Shown piece by piece: positions 21,007 to 32,140 of a stretch of 64,000 nucleotides of DNA. Source of the stretch: Alphaproteobacteria bacterium. GTDB taxonomy: Bacteria; Pseudomonadota; Alphaproteobacteria; Bin65. The notes under the pieces are model-generated. The model did not search any database. It worked only from the letters and a program-made list of their open reading frames with translations, and was not told the origin of the DNA. A program made the position numbers and the translations under genes. Location: contig OZ244899.1 of NCBI GenBank assembly GCA_965221645.1, forward strand, positions 2,581,458-2,645,457. The letters run 5' to 3'. Within the stretch, counting starts at the first letter, position 1. Every line of letters starts with the position of its first letter.

Positions 21007-21861
21007 ATGATCCGGACCGTCTACGTCAATGGCGACTATCTGCCGGAAAGTGATGCAAAGGTTTCCGTCTTCGATCGGGGTTTCCTGTTCGCTGACGGCG
21101 TTTACGAAGTCACTTCGGTGCTGAACCGCAAGCTCGTCGATTTCGATGGGCACACTGCGCGCCTGCGCCGGTCCCTGGATGCCCTGGACATGAAGTCCCC
21201 GGTGAACCGGGATGACATTCTGGAAATTCATCGGCAGCTTGTGACCAGGAACCACATCGAGGATGGCCTCGTCTACCTCCAGATCACGCGCGGACCCGCG
21301 GACCGGGATTTTGTCTACCCCAAAGACGCCACGCCGTCATTGGTGATGTTTACCCAATCGAAACCGGGGTTCGCAAATAGTCCTCAAGCCAGGAAAGGCT
21401 GGACGATCGTCACGGTCGAGGATCGGCGCTGGGGCCGGCGGGACATCAAGACGATTCAGTTGCTATATCCGTCAATGGCGAAGATGATGGCCAAGGCCGC
21501 CGGCGCGGACGATGCCTGGCTCGTGGAAGACGGGAAGATTACCGAGGGCACGTCCAATAACGCCTATATCGTAAAGAATGGAGTCATCGTCACGCGTGAA
21601 CTGTCGAATGACATTCTGCACGGGATCACTCGATCGGCCGTCCTGCGAATGGCGGCATCCGCCAAGATGCGCATCGATGAGCGGCCGTTTACGCCAGTCG
21701 AGGCGCAAGCCGCCGACGAGGCATTCATTACCTCAGCGTCCAACTTTGTCATGCCGGTGGTGGAAATCGATGGCGAGAAGATCGGTGACGGCGTGCCGGG
21801 TCCGGTCGCGCGCCGCCTGCGCGAAATTTATATTGACGAAAGCCGGAGGACCGCGATCTGA
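21007..21861 (+). CDS. dat: D-amino acid transaminase (class IV)
   Basis: DRGFLFADGVYEV, RDIKTIQLL, EGTSNN, ILHGITR. Confidence 0.88.
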   Translation: MIRTVYVNGDYLPESDAKVSVFDRGFLFADGVYEVTSVLNRKLVDFDGHTARLRRSLDALDMKSPVNRDDILEIHRQLVTRNHIEDGLVYLQITRGPADRDFVYPKDATPSLVMFTQSKPGFANSPQARKGWTIVTVEDRRWGRRDIKTIQLLYPSMAKMMAKAAGADDAWLVEDGKITEGTSNNAYIVKNGVIVTRELSNDILHGITRSAVLRMAASAKMRIDERPFTPVEAQAADEAFITSASNFVMPVVEIDGEKIGDGVPGPVARRLREIYIDESRRTAI

Positions 21862-22016
21862 CCCGGCAATGTGATGAAGAGGGTCTCACCGGATTCCATC
21901 TCGTATGGCCACCGATCTGACTCCGGCGAATCGGATACAGGAGAGCGCAGGCCTTTCAGATCCGCCGGGCGAGGCGGATCTTGACATGTCGGAACCAGCT
22001 CCTGTCAGGTCGCCTG

Positions 22017-22958
22017 ATGAACATCCGTAACGGGATGCAAGCCTCTATCCCCGTGACCGTGATCGGCGGCTACCTGGGCGCCGGCAAGACCACTTGCCTG
22101 AACCACTTGCTGCGTGGTGATCACGGCTTGCGCCTTGCCGTCCTGGTCAACGATTTCGGCGCCATCAACGTTGATGCGCGTCTGATCGAACAGCAAGCCG
22201 CGGACACGATCGCACTGATGAATGGCTGCGTCTGCTGTTCGATAGCCGATGATCTGGGTGCTGCATTGACGGCGCAGGTCGACCGGCTCGATCCTCCGGA
22301 GCACATTCTGATCGAGGCAAGCGGTGTTGCCACGCCGGCCAAGATCGGCCGCCTGGCAGGAAATTGGCCGGGCTGCGTCATGGCGGAAATCGTCGTGCTG
22401 GCCGACGCCGTCGCCATACGAGCCCGATCTGCAGACAAGTTCGTCGGTCGCTTGGTCGTGCAGCAAATACGTGATGCCGATCTTGTTGTCGTCAACAAGG
22501 TCGACCTGGTGGACGACGCGAAGCGTCAGGCGACCGTGGACTGGATCAGGACGGTCGCGCCGCATGCCTGCCTGATGGAAACGCGCCGTGGCGCCTTGCC
22601 GACTGAAATTCTTGCTCGCCGCTCAGCGACGGGTGAACGGCAAGAAGGGGGTCTGTCGGATCGACATCCGCTGCTGTCGATGGTCTGGGTTCCGGAACTT
22701 CCGGTCATTCCCGAGGTCCTGCATCGGGTTCTCGGCAGCTTCGCGGACATCCATCGCGCCAAGGGGATCATCGCGACCGCTCACGGATTGCGCCTGATCC
22801 AGTGGAGCAGCGGCAGATTTGCCTGTACCGTATCATCGGGCCCGGCAACAGGATTGGTCGTGATCGGCCCTTTTGCCACTAGCCGGAAAGCAGTCTTGCA
22901 GAGAGCCTTGGCCGGCAGCATGGTGGCGGCGCTTTCCGCGAGCAAGACGGTTGATTGA
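22017..22958 (+). CDS. CobW/COG0523 family GTPase metallochaperone
   Basis: GGYLGAGKTT, VNDFG, GCVCCS, EASG, NKVD. Confidence 0.88.
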   Translation: MNIRNGMQASIPVTVIGGYLGAGKTTCLNHLLRGDHGLRLAVLVNDFGAINVDARLIEQQAADTIALMNGCVCCSIADDLGAALTAQVDRLDPPEHILIEASGVATPAKIGRLAGNWPGCVMAEIVVLADAVAIRARSADKFVGRLVVQQIRDADLVVVNKVDLVDDAKRQATVDWIRTVAPHACLMETRRGALPTEILARRSATGERQEGGLSDRHPLLSMVWVPELPVIPEVLHRVLGSFADIHRAKGIIATAHGLRLIQWSSGRFACTVSSGPATGLVVIGPFATSRKAVLQRALAGSMVAALSASKTVD

Positions 22959-24259
22959 AAGGCGCCGTGGCAATCGCCGGCCGAGACTCCGAAATCGGGA
23001 AGCTGCTGCCCGACGGTGAAGCCGAAGGGACCCGCGGCCTGCTGTTGGTGTTGGCGGCGGCCTTCATGGTCAGCCAGTTCTATCGCACGGCCCCGGCAGT
23101 CATCGGCCCGGAATTGCGCGCCGGACTGGCGCTGAATTCAGTCCAGTTGGGTCTGGCGGCGAGCGCCTTCTTCGTTTCCTTTTCGCTCATGCATGTGCCG
23201 ATCGGGGTCCTGTTGGATCGTTACGGTCCGCGACGCGTCATGAGCGCCATGCTGTTGATCGCCAGCGTCGGCGCCGTTGTTTTTTCGCAGACCGGCAGCG
23301 CGACAGGCCTGGTCATTGCCCAACTCCTGATCGGGGCCGGGTGTTCGGCGATGTTTGTGGGCGGGCTTGTCGTGGTGTCCCAGCGCTACCCGTCCGAGCG
23401 CTTTGGCGGTCTGGCCGCGATGTTGACCTCCGCCAGCGGCATCGGCATGATCGCTTCCGGCACGCCGTTCGCGGCACTGACGAAGGAAGTCGGCTGGTCG
23501 GCGGCCTTTCTGATAGTGGCCGGGTTCTCCGTTGCGCTGGCGGCGGCCATCTTTTGGGCTGTGCCGCGGCGCGGCGAGCCAAAGCCCGCTGCCGAGACAG
23601 AGACCTTTGCGCAATCGGTCGTGGGCTTGGGCCAGATCTTTCGGCATGGCCCGGTATGGGGAGTCATTGCACTCGCCATGGTGACCTATCCGTCAGTCAT
23701 TGCCATCCGAGGTTTCTGGGGCGGCCCCTACCTTTCTGACGTGCAGGCGGCCGATACGATGGAACGCGGCAACATCCTGCTGCTGATGAGCTTGGCGAGC
23801 ATGGTCGGCGCGGCTGCTTATGCAATTTTCGAAAAACGCACAAGGCGGCGGATGCCTTTCATCTATCTGTCCGCCGGGGTGAGTTGCCTGGGCTTCCTGA
23901 TGCTGGCCATCCTGCCACTCGCTTCTTCAGCGCAGGCAGCGTTGATATTCTGCTTGATTGGCACCTTCAGCTTCGGTTCCGTACTGCTTCTTGCCCATGC
24001 TCGGGAGATGTTTCCCGGTCACCTGACCGGCAGGGCGATCACCTCGGTCAACTTCACCGCTTTCCTGGGTGCCGGCTTGATGCAGTTGATCCCTGGCGTC
24101 ATCCTGAGCCTGTGGCAGCCGGTGAATGGTCATCCTCCAGAAGAGGCCTACCGCGCGGTCTTCGCGGGCATTGCCGGAATCCTGATCTTTTCGATGGGCA
24201 TCTTCACGTTGGTCTTCTGGCGCGATATTCTCCGGGGGCTGCGCAGCGACCGGAACTAA
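22955..24259 (+). CDS. MFS transporter
   Basis: GVLLDRYGPRR motif A; about 12 TM segments. Confidence 0.88.
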   Translation: MKGAVAIAGRDSEIGKLLPDGEAEGTRGLLLVLAAAFMVSQFYRTAPAVIGPELRAGLALNSVQLGLAASAFFVSFSLMHVPIGVLLDRYGPRRVMSAMLLIASVGAVVFSQTGSATGLVIAQLLIGAGCSAMFVGGLVVVSQRYPSERFGGLAAMLTSASGIGMIASGTPFAALTKEVGWSAAFLIVAGFSVALAAAIFWAVPRRGEPKPAAETETFAQSVVGLGQIFRHGPVWGVIALAMVTYPSVIAIRGFWGGPYLSDVQAADTMERGNILLLMSLASMVGAAAYAIFEKRTRRRMPFIYLSAGVSCLGFLMLAILPLASSAQAALIFCLIGTFSFGSVLLLAHAREMFPGHLTGRAITSVNFTAFLGAGLMQLIPGVILSLWQPVNGHPPEEAYRAVFAGIAGILIFSMGIFTLVFWRDILRGLRSDRN

Positions 24260-24295
24260 GCAACATCTTCAGAGACAGATTGGAGGAGTACGCCG

Positions 24296-24709
24296 ATGGC
24301 CTATTGGCTGGTGAAGTCCGAACCGGGTACTTGGTCGTGGGACGATCACGTAAAGGCCGGCGTGGCCGAGTGGGACGGGGTGCGTAACCATCAGGCAGCC
24401 AACAACATGCGCGCCATGAAGATTGGCGAGCGCGTTTTTTTCTACCATTCGGTTACCGAGAAACGGATCGTTGGCGTGATGGAGGTGGTCAAGGAGGCCT
24501 ATCCTGATCCTACCGATGAATCTGGCACGTTCATCATGGTGGACTTCAAGGCCTTGTTCCCCGTCGTTCGCCCGGTCACGTTGTCGGAAATCAAGGACGA
24601 ACCGAAGCTGAGGAACCTTCCTTTGGTCCGTCACACCCGTCTGTCCGTGCTGCCGGTCAGCGACGAGGAATGGAAGCTTCTGTGCGCGATGACCGAAACA
24701 TCAGCATGA
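24296..24709 (+). CDS. EVE domain protein
   Basis: YWLVKSEP, WDGVRNHQA, FFYHS, RLSVLPV. Confidence 0.93.
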   Translation: MAYWLVKSEPGTWSWDDHVKAGVAEWDGVRNHQAANNMRAMKIGERVFFYHSVTEKRIVGVMEVVKEAYPDPTDESGTFIMVDFKALFPVVRPVTLSEIKDEPKLRNLPLVRHTRLSVLPVSDEEWKLLCAMTETSA

Positions 24710-24840
24710 CGCTTTCTTGTCTTGAGGGGTTTTTGATGTTTGTGTGTCTGTCGCGTTGAGTTGCGTTCTGTTTGGGGAACAAGGTCTTGGCAGTTGGTGC
24801 CTGTCAGTCCGGCGGTTGTTTTTGTGCTGATCTGGAGGGG

Positions 24841-26793
24841 ATGATGTCGGGTTATGCTGTGAGTGACTGGTGGTCTCGTCGAGCGCATGTGGACCATGCG
24901 GGCTATCTGTCGATGTACGCTGATTCGGTTCGCGATCCGGAGTCGTTCTGGGCAAGAGAGGCGGACCGTATTGACTGGTTTCGGCGGCCGACGGTGATCA
25001 AGAACGTGAGCTACGCCTATCCGGACGTATCGATCCGGTGGTACGAGGACGGCGCGCTGAACATGGCGTACAACTGTCTGGACCGTCATCTGTCGCTGCG
25101 CGGGGATCAGACGGCGCTTATCTGGGAGGGCGACGATCCGGGCGCGGCGCGGCGGATCACCTATCGCGAGTTGCACGAGGAGGTCTGCAAGTTTGCCAAC
25201 GCGCTGAAGGGTCTGGGTGTCAAGAAGGGGGATCGGGTGACGCTGTATCTTCCGATGATCCCGGAGGCAGCCGTTGCGATGCTGGCGTGTGCGCGGATCG
25301 GGGCGATCCACTCGGTAGTGTTCGGGGGCTTTTCTCCGGAGGCGCTTGCGGGTCGGATTTCGGATTGCGATTCGGCGTGGGTGGTGACGGCGGACGAAGG
25401 AGTTCGCGGCGGCCGGACAATTCCGTTGAAGGCGAACGTGGACGCGGCGCTTGCGCTTTGCCCGGGCGTGCGCAAGACGATCGTGGTCCGGCGGACCGGC
25501 GGGACCGTCGGCTGGGTGGAGGGTCGCGACGTCTGGTACGCGGACCTTCTGGCCGACGCTTCTTCGGACTGTCCGGCGGCAGTGATGAATGCGGAGGATC
25601 CGCTGTTCATCCTGTACACCTCCGGTTCGACCGGGAAGCCGAAGGGGGTTCTGCACACGACCGGGGGATATGCGGTCTACACGGCGATGACCCACGCGCT
25701 GGTGTTCGACTACCACGAGGGCGACGTGTACTGGTGCACGGCGGATGTCGGCTGGGTAACGGGTCACAGCTATCTGGTTTACGGTCCGCTGCAGAACGGC
25801 GCGGTGACGCTGATGTTCGAGGGTGTTCCGCACTATCCGGACCCTTCGCGTTTCTGGCGGGTGGTCGACAAGCACCAGGTAACGACGTTCTACACGGCGC
25901 CGACGGCGCTGCGCGCGCTGATGCGTGAGGGTGACGGACCGGTTCGGGCGACGGATCGGGGATCGCTTCGTCTTCTGGGCTCGGTGGGCGAGCCGATCAA
26001 TCCGGAGGCCTGGGAATGGTATTACCGGGTTGTCGGCGCCAGCCGGTGTCCGATCGTGGACACGTGGTGGCAGACGGAGACGGGGGGGATCATGATTGCG
26101 CCGCTGCCGGGCGCGACGCGCCTGAAGCCAGGCTCTGCGACGCGTCCGTTTTTCGGGATCCGTCCGGAGATCGTGGATGCGGAGGGTCGTGTGCTGGAGG
26201 GAGCGTGCGAGGGGAACCTGTGCATTGCCGACAGCTGGCCGGGTCAGATGCGGACGGTCTACCGGGATCATGCGCGGTTCGTGGAGACCTATTTCAGCGC
26301 CTACACGGGCCGGTATTTCACCGGGGACGGTTGCCGGAGGGACGCCGACGGGTACTACTGGATCACCGGTCGCGTGGACGACGTGATCAACGTCTCCGGC
26401 CACCGACTGGGGACGGCGGAGGTGGAGAGCGCTCTGGTGGCACACGCGCAGGTGGCCGAGGCCGCCGTCGTGGGGGCGCCGCATGCTGTCAAGGGTCAAG
26501 GCGTCTACGCCTATGTGACGCTGGTCGCCGACGCGACGCCGGACGAGGCCCTGCGCGCCGAACTGGTCGCATGGGTGCGCCAGCAGATCGGTCCGATCGC
26601 TGCGCCCGACTGGTTGCAATGGGCCCCCAGCCTTCCCAAGACGCGCTCCGGAAAGATCATGCGCCGCATCCTCAGAAAAATCGCCGAGGACGACTGCCAG
26701 AACCTCGGCGATACATCGACACTCGCGGAACCCGAAAACCTCCACCTCATCATCGAAGACAGACAAAATCAGACCCGGCCAACGCTGAACTGA
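24841..26793 (+). CDS. acs: Acetyl-CoA synthetase
   Basis: [50 protein letters not shown]; start moved to MMSGY at 24841. Confidence 0.95.
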   Translation: MMSGYAVSDWWSRRAHVDHAGYLSMYADSVRDPESFWAREADRIDWFRRPTVIKNVSYAYPDVSIRWYEDGALNMAYNCLDRHLSLRGDQTALIWEGDDPGAARRITYRELHEEVCKFANALKGLGVKKGDRVTLYLPMIPEAAVAMLACARIGAIHSVVFGGFSPEALAGRISDCDSAWVVTADEGVRGGRTIPLKANVDAALALCPGVRKTIVVRRTGGTVGWVEGRDVWYADLLADASSDCPAAVMNAEDPLFILYTSGSTGKPKGVLHTTGGYAVYTAMTHALVFDYHEGDVYWCTADVGWVTGHSYLVYGPLQNGAVTLMFEGVPHYPDPSRFWRVVDKHQVTTFYTAPTALRALMREGDGPVRATDRGSLRLLGSVGEPINPEAWEWYYRVVGASRCPIVDTWWQTETGGIMIAPLPGATRLKPGSATRPFFGIRPEIVDAEGRVLEGACEGNLCIADSWPGQMRTVYRDHARFVETYFSAYTGRYFTGDGCRRDADGYYWITGRVDDVINVSGHRLGTAEVESALVAHAQVAEAAVVGAPHAVKGQGVYAYVTLVADATPDEALRAELVAWVRQQIGPIAAPDWLQWAPSLPKTRSGKIMRRILRKIAEDDCQNLGDTSTLAEPENLHLIIEDRQNQTRPTLN

Positions 26794-26998
26794 ACTCAAG
26801 CGCGATCCTGTCCCGAAGATCGACGACGACTTTCATCCCGCGCGCCAGGACCCGAAGCCCGGGTCGTCTGCTTCGGGGAAGGCCAGTGTCCGAAAGCCGA
26901 TGGGTCAAGGCGATCAGGCTCGGAGAGTTGAAGGCCGAGGACATCAATGAGCAGGTCGCGGGCTGGCAACGCTGGTCTGAAGACCCGGCAATGATCAG

Positions 26999-28204
26999 TC
27001 AGGGAAGAGAGTTTCCCTTGTCGGCGCTTGCGCCCTCGGACAGTATGGGCACGAGGCGTTCGACAGCGGTTTTCAGCTTGTCGAGAGACACTCCGAAACA
27101 CAGACGCATATAGCGCTTCGAATCTTCACCGAAAGCCGAACCCGGGGCGAGACCGACATTGGCTTCGTCGACAAGACGGTAGGCCAGCGCGCGGCCGTCC
27201 GTTTCTCCGTCGACGGACAGGAGCATGTAGAAGCTGCCGCCCGGCCGTGCAAAATGAACGTTCGGCAAGGACTCCAGCCCGTCACAGACGATATCTCGCC
27301 CCTGCTTGCATCGGGCGATCATTTCCCCCACGTGGTGTTCGCCTTTTTCCAGGGCCGCCACCGCTCCATATTGCAAAAAGGTCGGGACGCCCGACGTGTT
27401 GAACTGCACCAGGTTCTCGTAGACCTGACCCAGAACCTCCGGCATGACCAGCCATCCGATGCGCCAGCCGGTCATTGACCAGTTTTTGGAGAAGGTATTG
27501 ATGACGACCAACCTGTCATCCGGTTCGCAGATCTGCAGAAAAGACGGGGCGACGTCCATTTCGTAAACCAGGCGGCCGTAGACTTCGTCTGCGATGATCC
27601 ACAGGCCATGTTCCCGCGCGAAATCCCGAATCGACACCTGATCTTCCCGCGTCATGATCCAGGCCGTCGGGTTGCTGGGCGAGTTGAGAAAGAAGGCCTT
27701 GGTCCTGTCGCTGCAGGAGTCGAAGAGGCGATCGAGATCAAGCGTCCAGCCGGCGTTGCCGTTCTGCAGCGGCACGTTGATGACCTGACCGCCGACAATA
27801 TCCACGGCTGCCTTGATATTGGGCCAGACTGGAGACGGTGCCACGATCTCGTCGCCCGGCCCCAGCAGCATCTGCACGGTTTCCATGGTCGCCTGCATGC
27901 CGCCGATTGTCACGATCGTCCGTTCCGGCGAGATATTCACGCCGTAGATTTTTGTCAGGTACTCGCCGAGTGCCCGGCGCAGCAGCGGAATGCCTCGCTG
28001 GTAGGTATAGAAGGTCTGTCCGTCACGCAGCGCTTCGATCGCGGCATCGCTGATGAAATCTGGCGTGGCGAGGTCACCTTCGCCAACCCACAAGGGGATC
28101 AGGCCGGGTATTTCCCTGCCATAGTTGACCAGTTCGACGATCCCGCTCTCGGGCAAGGAAGCGATTCTGGGGTTGATGGAGGCGAGCAAATCAATGGCGC
28201 CCAT
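26999..28204 (-). CDS. Class I/II PLP-dependent aminotransferase
   Basis: NSPSNPT, DEVY, SKNWSMTGWRIG. Confidence 0.92.
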   Translation of the reverse strand: MGAIDLLASINPRIASLPESGIVELVNYGREIPGLIPLWVGEGDLATPDFISDAAIEALRDGQTFYTYQRGIPLLRRALGEYLTKIYGVNISPERTIVTIGGMQATMETVQMLLGPGDEIVAPSPVWPNIKAAVDIVGGQVINVPLQNGNAGWTLDLDRLFDSCSDRTKAFFLNSPSNPTAWIMTREDQVSIRDFAREHGLWIIADEVYGRLVYEMDVAPSFLQICEPDDRLVVINTFSKNWSMTGWRIGWLVMPEVLGQVYENLVQFNTSGVPTFLQYGAVAALEKGEHHVGEMIARCKQGRDIVCDGLESLPNVHFARPGGSFYMLLSVDGETDGRALAYRLVDEANVGLAPGSAFGEDSKRYMRLCFGVSLDKLKTAVERLVPILSEGASADKGNSLP

Positions 28205-28770
28205 ACGCGGTCTCCATGGTGAAGCGAGATTTGGGATGAGCCTCGCTTTCCCTATCGCGCGCCTCGTCGTGACGATACCCTGAAGAATGACACAGTGCAT
28301 GCACCGAGGGTGCCCTTCCGGCCGGCACCTGCCGTCGCGTGAACGGACGGAAACGCTTGCAAACGCGGGCTGTTACGGCCCGTCCCGTCCCGCGCCACCG
28401 CGCGGCTTCCGCCATGAAACGCCACCGCGGGCGCTTCCCGAGTTGCCGTTGCGCGCCGCCAGGGCCGCGGGACCGCAGGCATGAGATCCGCGACGACGTC
28501 GTGAGCGGCCTCGGGCCGGCCGTCCAGCCCTCTGGCGTCCGTACGTTCTTCGTCGACTCTTGCGCGGTTTGTCTCTCGGTTGATCCGGTGCGCGGAAATG
28601 GACTCCAAGGATGTATTCGATCTGCACCAGGGACCTCAGGGACACCGGTCGAACCACCAGACTGCGTTCTTCCGCACAATTTCTGCATCCTCACCAATCG
28701 CGCGATTTGCCAATTGATGCACGCGACCGTGGCCCATAGACCGCCCGTGGGAAAACAGGAAGGAGCCGGG

Positions 28771-29538
28771 ATGGCCAATCCATTCGACCTTGCCGACCGT
28801 ACGGCGCTGGTCACTGGCGCGTCCAGTGGGCTGGGCAGGCATTTTGGCTTAACTCTGGCGGCTGCCGGCGCCAAGGTGGCGGTGACTGCGCGCCGTACCG
28901 ATCTTTTGGCATCCGTGGCGGAAGAGGCTCTGGTCGCCGGGGGCACGGCTGTGCCGATCGGTATGGATGTGACCGATCCGGACAACGTCCGCGCAGCAAT
29001 CGTGGAAGCCGAAGCGGAACTGGGCAGTGTCGATATCCTGGTCAACAACGCCGGTACAGTGATCACCGAGCCGGCGGTTGATGTGACGGAGGACAACTGG
29101 AACGCCGTGATATCGACAAACCTGACCGGAGCCTGGAACGTCGCGCAAGAGATCGCGCGCACCGCAATAGCGCATCGTCGATCGGCCAGCATCATAAACA
29201 TCGCTTCCATCACCGGCCTCCGCGCGGCTGGTCAGATCGCTCCCTACGCCGCCACCAAATCGGCATTGTTGCATCTGACCCGGGTATTGGCCCTGGAATG
29301 GGCACGACATGACATCCGCGTCAATGCCATCGCGCCGGGATATATCCGTACTGACCTGAACGAGGATTTCTTCGCCTCCCCCGCTGGCCAGCGGATGATT
29401 GACCGAATCCCCCAGCGCCGCCTGGGTGAACAGCGCGAGTTGGATGGTGCGCTTCTGTTGCTGGCCTCGGATGCGTCTTCCTACATGACCGGCAGTGTCA
29501 TTCAGATCGACGGCGGGCATTTGCAATCCACGCTGTAG
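28771..29538 (+). CDS. SDR family oxidoreductase
   Basis: TGASSGLG, NNAG, YAATK; AGGAG upstream of MANPF. Confidence 0.92.
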   Translation: MANPFDLADRTALVTGASSGLGRHFGLTLAAAGAKVAVTARRTDLLASVAEEALVAGGTAVPIGMDVTDPDNVRAAIVEAEAELGSVDILVNNAGTVITEPAVDVTEDNWNAVISTNLTGAWNVAQEIARTAIAHRRSASIINIASITGLRAAGQIAPYAATKSALLHLTRVLALEWARHDIRVNAIAPGYIRTDLNEDFFASPAGQRMIDRIPQRRLGEQRELDGALLLLASDASSYMTGSVIQIDGGHLQSTL

Positions 29539-29833
29539 GATCGCCGCTCTTCATCGGGTAATTTCTTGTGCCGTCCGGCATGGAGACGGTATTGTGACCT
29601 GTTCGTCTTCCGCACTTGAGGCCAGCATCTGGTGGGGATATCCGCGGCGGCGACTGCATCGGGGACGAAATTGCAGTATGATCTTTGGTCTGCTCGGCGG
29701 GGCCGGAGGCTGCGGATCTTCCCGATCATCCGGACATCGACCGGGACAGCATGGCGATCCTGCTCTTCACATTGAGCCCTGAGGTTGCATTGTCGTTGAG
29801 ACATGCAGACTCCGTCAGGATGGTATCCGACAT

Positions 29834-30718
29834 TCAGCGTGCAAAAAAACTGAGCAGGGCGTTGCACAGATAATCCGGGGCTTCCTCCGGAATGAAGTGG
29901 CCACAGTCCGGAACAACGCCACCGATCACGTTGTTCGCAACGCGACGCAGGGATTCTGCCGGCTCCATACCGCGACCGCGACCGTGAGGGTAGCTCACCG
30001 CTCCGCCAAGGGCCAAAACCGGCATGGAAAGCTTGAAGTCCTTGATGATCGCCGCATTATTCGCTGCGTCCTCAGGGATCAGGCGATAGTAGGCAAAACC
30101 CGCACGCAGCGCGCCGGGTTGGGTGTAGGTGCGCAGATACTCCGCCATATCCCCGGTCCCGATCGCGTCCGGCCTGTACGAGAAAGTGCGATAGAACCAA
30201 CCGAGATACTCTGCTTCCCGACCCGTCACCAGGGTTTCCGGCAAGTCCGGTGTCATGTGGAACTGGTGATGCCACCGGCGCCCGCCCTGGGAGAAGTCGC
30301 CCCCGCATCCCGGCACTACAACATCAAGCACGACCAGCTTCCCGACTGCGTCGGGATGCGCGGCAGCGAGGGCGTAGGCGACCGGACCTCCCCAGTCGTG
30401 ACCAACCAGCAGGAAGGATTCATACCCCAGACGTTCGTGAGCCAGTTGCCAAATGTCCGCAGCGATCGTCTTCTTGTCATAACCGTCCAGCGGTCTGGAA
30501 CTGTCCCCCAGCCCACGCATATCCGGCGTGATGACGGTATAATGGTCTGCCAGCACTGGAATGACGTGCCGCCATTCCCACCATGTTTGCGGCCAGCCAT
30601 GGAGCAATATCACAGGCGGGCCACTGCCGGCTGTCACGTAGTGGAGAACGACCTCGCCAACATCGGCGAAATGGTGGGTGACGCGCGGGTCGTCAGGAGA
30701 TGCAAGGCTATTGGCCAA
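29834..30718 (-). CDS. Alpha/beta hydrolase (epoxide hydrolase/dehalogenase-like); start uncertain
   Basis: LLHGWPQTW, GHDWGG, CGHFIPEE. Confidence 0.88.
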   Translation of the reverse strand: MANSLASPDDPRVTHHFADVGEVVLHYVTAGSGPPVILLHGWPQTWWEWRHVIPVLADHYTVITPDMRGLGDSSRPLDGYDKKTIAADIWQLAHERLGYESFLLVGHDWGGPVAYALAAAHPDAVGKLVVLDVVVPGCGGDFSQGGRRWHHQFHMTPDLPETLVTGREAEYLGWFYRTFSYRPDAIGTGDMAEYLRTYTQPGALRAGFAYYRLIPEDAANNAAIIKDFKLSMPVLALGGAVSYPHGRGRGMEPAESLRRVANNVIGGVVPDCGHFIPEEAPDYLCNALLSFFAR

Positions 30719-30937
30719 TATGTCTTCTCGGTATGATCGACATGAGGGTGACTGACCGGCCCTGCGAAATTTTCGAGAGCTGACCATGATCTTTGCCGCT
30801 GCCATACTGCGGCGTCTGCAAACGAGGCGGGGTGGCGTTTCCTTCGACTGCTTCCAGTGCCCGACATGGCGCGGTCGTCCGCGCTCTGGTCCGTCTGATC
30901 GCGCCAGCCCCGTTGCGGACGCTGTCTCTTCCTTTCC

Positions 30938-32140
30938 TCACGCGTCGTAGCGGCCTACGATGGAGACGCTGGAGACATTCTGGTGAGGGAATCCGCCCAG
31001 GTTGTGGGTCATGCCGATCCTGGGATCGGCCAGCTGACGCGCACCGGCACGACCCTGGAACTGCAGGTACATCTCGTACAGCATGCGCAGACCTGACGCG
31101 CCGATCGGGTGACCAAAGCATTTCAGGCCCCCATCGATCTGACACGGGATCCGGCCGTCCGAGTTGTAGAAACCGTCCAGGATATCTCTCCACGCAGTGC
31201 CTTCCTCGCTGAGATAGAGATCTTCCATCGTCACCAGTTCCGTGACGGAGAAGCAGTCATGCACCTCGAACATGCTGACTTCGTCGCGGGGCTTCCTGAT
31301 TTCTGCCTCCTTGTAAGCCCGCTCAGCTGCGCGGCGGGTCGTCATGAAATAACTCCCGTCCCAGCTATTGTGGCTGGCTTCCTGGCCATTGGACACGGCT
31401 AGCTGCAATGCCTTGACTGACACGATGTCCTTCTTGCCCATGCTTTTGGCTATTTGCGGCGTAGTTACGATCGCGGCGGCAGAGCCGTCCGATACACCGC
31501 AGCAATCGAACAGGCCCAGCGGCTCGGCTACCATCGGCGCGTTGAGAACCGTCTCGACAGTGATTTCCTTCTGAAGGTGTGCTTTCGGGTTCCTGGCACC
31601 GTTCTCGTGGCTCTTCACCGAGACCTGGGCCATTGCCAGTTTGAGATCATCGGCCTTCACGCCGTGCTTGGCTGAATAGGCTGTGGCGAGTTGGGCAAAG
31701 CTGCCTGGCGCCGACGCGTTAGGCCAGTACATGTCGGCCACGGCGCCGCGCATGCGCTGCGGCAGACCACCGTAGCCCGTGTCTTTCAGCTTCTCCACCC
31801 CAACGGCGATCGCCATGTCTGCCGCGCCGGACGCTACGGCGTAACAAGCGCCGCGGAAGGCTTCGGTCCCCGACGCGCAGTAGTTCTCGACCCGGGTGAC
31901 CGGTATGTAGGGGAGGCGCAAGCTGACTGCGAGTGGCACGCCGGACTTGCCGACATGCTGTTCTTCGATGGCTGTGGAAAACCAGGCTGCATCAATCTGG
32001 CTGCGTTCGATGCCCGCATCGTTCAGGCATTCCTCGACCGCTTCGACGATCAGGTCTTCGGCATTCATGTCCCACCGCTCGCCGAACTTCGAGCAGCCCA
32101 TACCCAGGATCGCCACTTCGTCCTTGATGCCACGGGGCAT
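30938..32140 (-). CDS. SCP-x-type thiolase
   Basis: VENYCASG (catalytic Cys), FEVHDCF, GHPIGASG, HNLGG. Confidence 0.9.
   Translation of the reverse strand: MPRGIKDEVAILGMGCSKFGERWDMNAEDLIVEAVEECLNDAGIERSQIDAAWFSTAIEEQHVGKSGVPLAVSLRLPYIPVTRVENYCASGTEAFRGACYAVASGAADMAIAVGVEKLKDTGYGGLPQRMRGAVADMYWPNASAPGSFAQLATAYSAKHGVKADDLKLAMAQVSVKSHENGARNPKAHLQKEITVETVLNAPMVAEPLGLFDCCGVSDGSAAAIVTTPQIAKSMGKKDIVSVKALQLAVSNGQEASHNSWDGSYFMTTRRAAERAYKEAEIRKPRDEVSMFEVHDCFSVTELVTMEDLYLSEEGTAWRDILDGFYNSDGRIPCQIDGGLKCFGHPIGASGLRMLYEMYLQFQGRAGARQLADPRIGMTHNLGGFPHQNVSSVSIVGRYDA

Noticed and set aside
21870-21985. Cobalamin riboswitch upstream of the CobW-like gene
   Set aside because: Only a simple hairpin (GATCCGCC/GGCGGATC); the B12-box and other conserved riboswitch motifs are absent.
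26806-27000. Protein-like fragments right after acs (PKIDDDFHP, WVKAIRLGELKAEDINEQVAGWQRW)
   Set aside because: Could be a gene remnant cut by the acs segment, but the pieces lie in different frames and match no family I know.
29690-29780. Possible acyl-CoA ligase remnant (DLPDHPDIDRDSMAILLFT)
   Set aside because: Similarity stops before the diagnostic SGTTG; too short to call.
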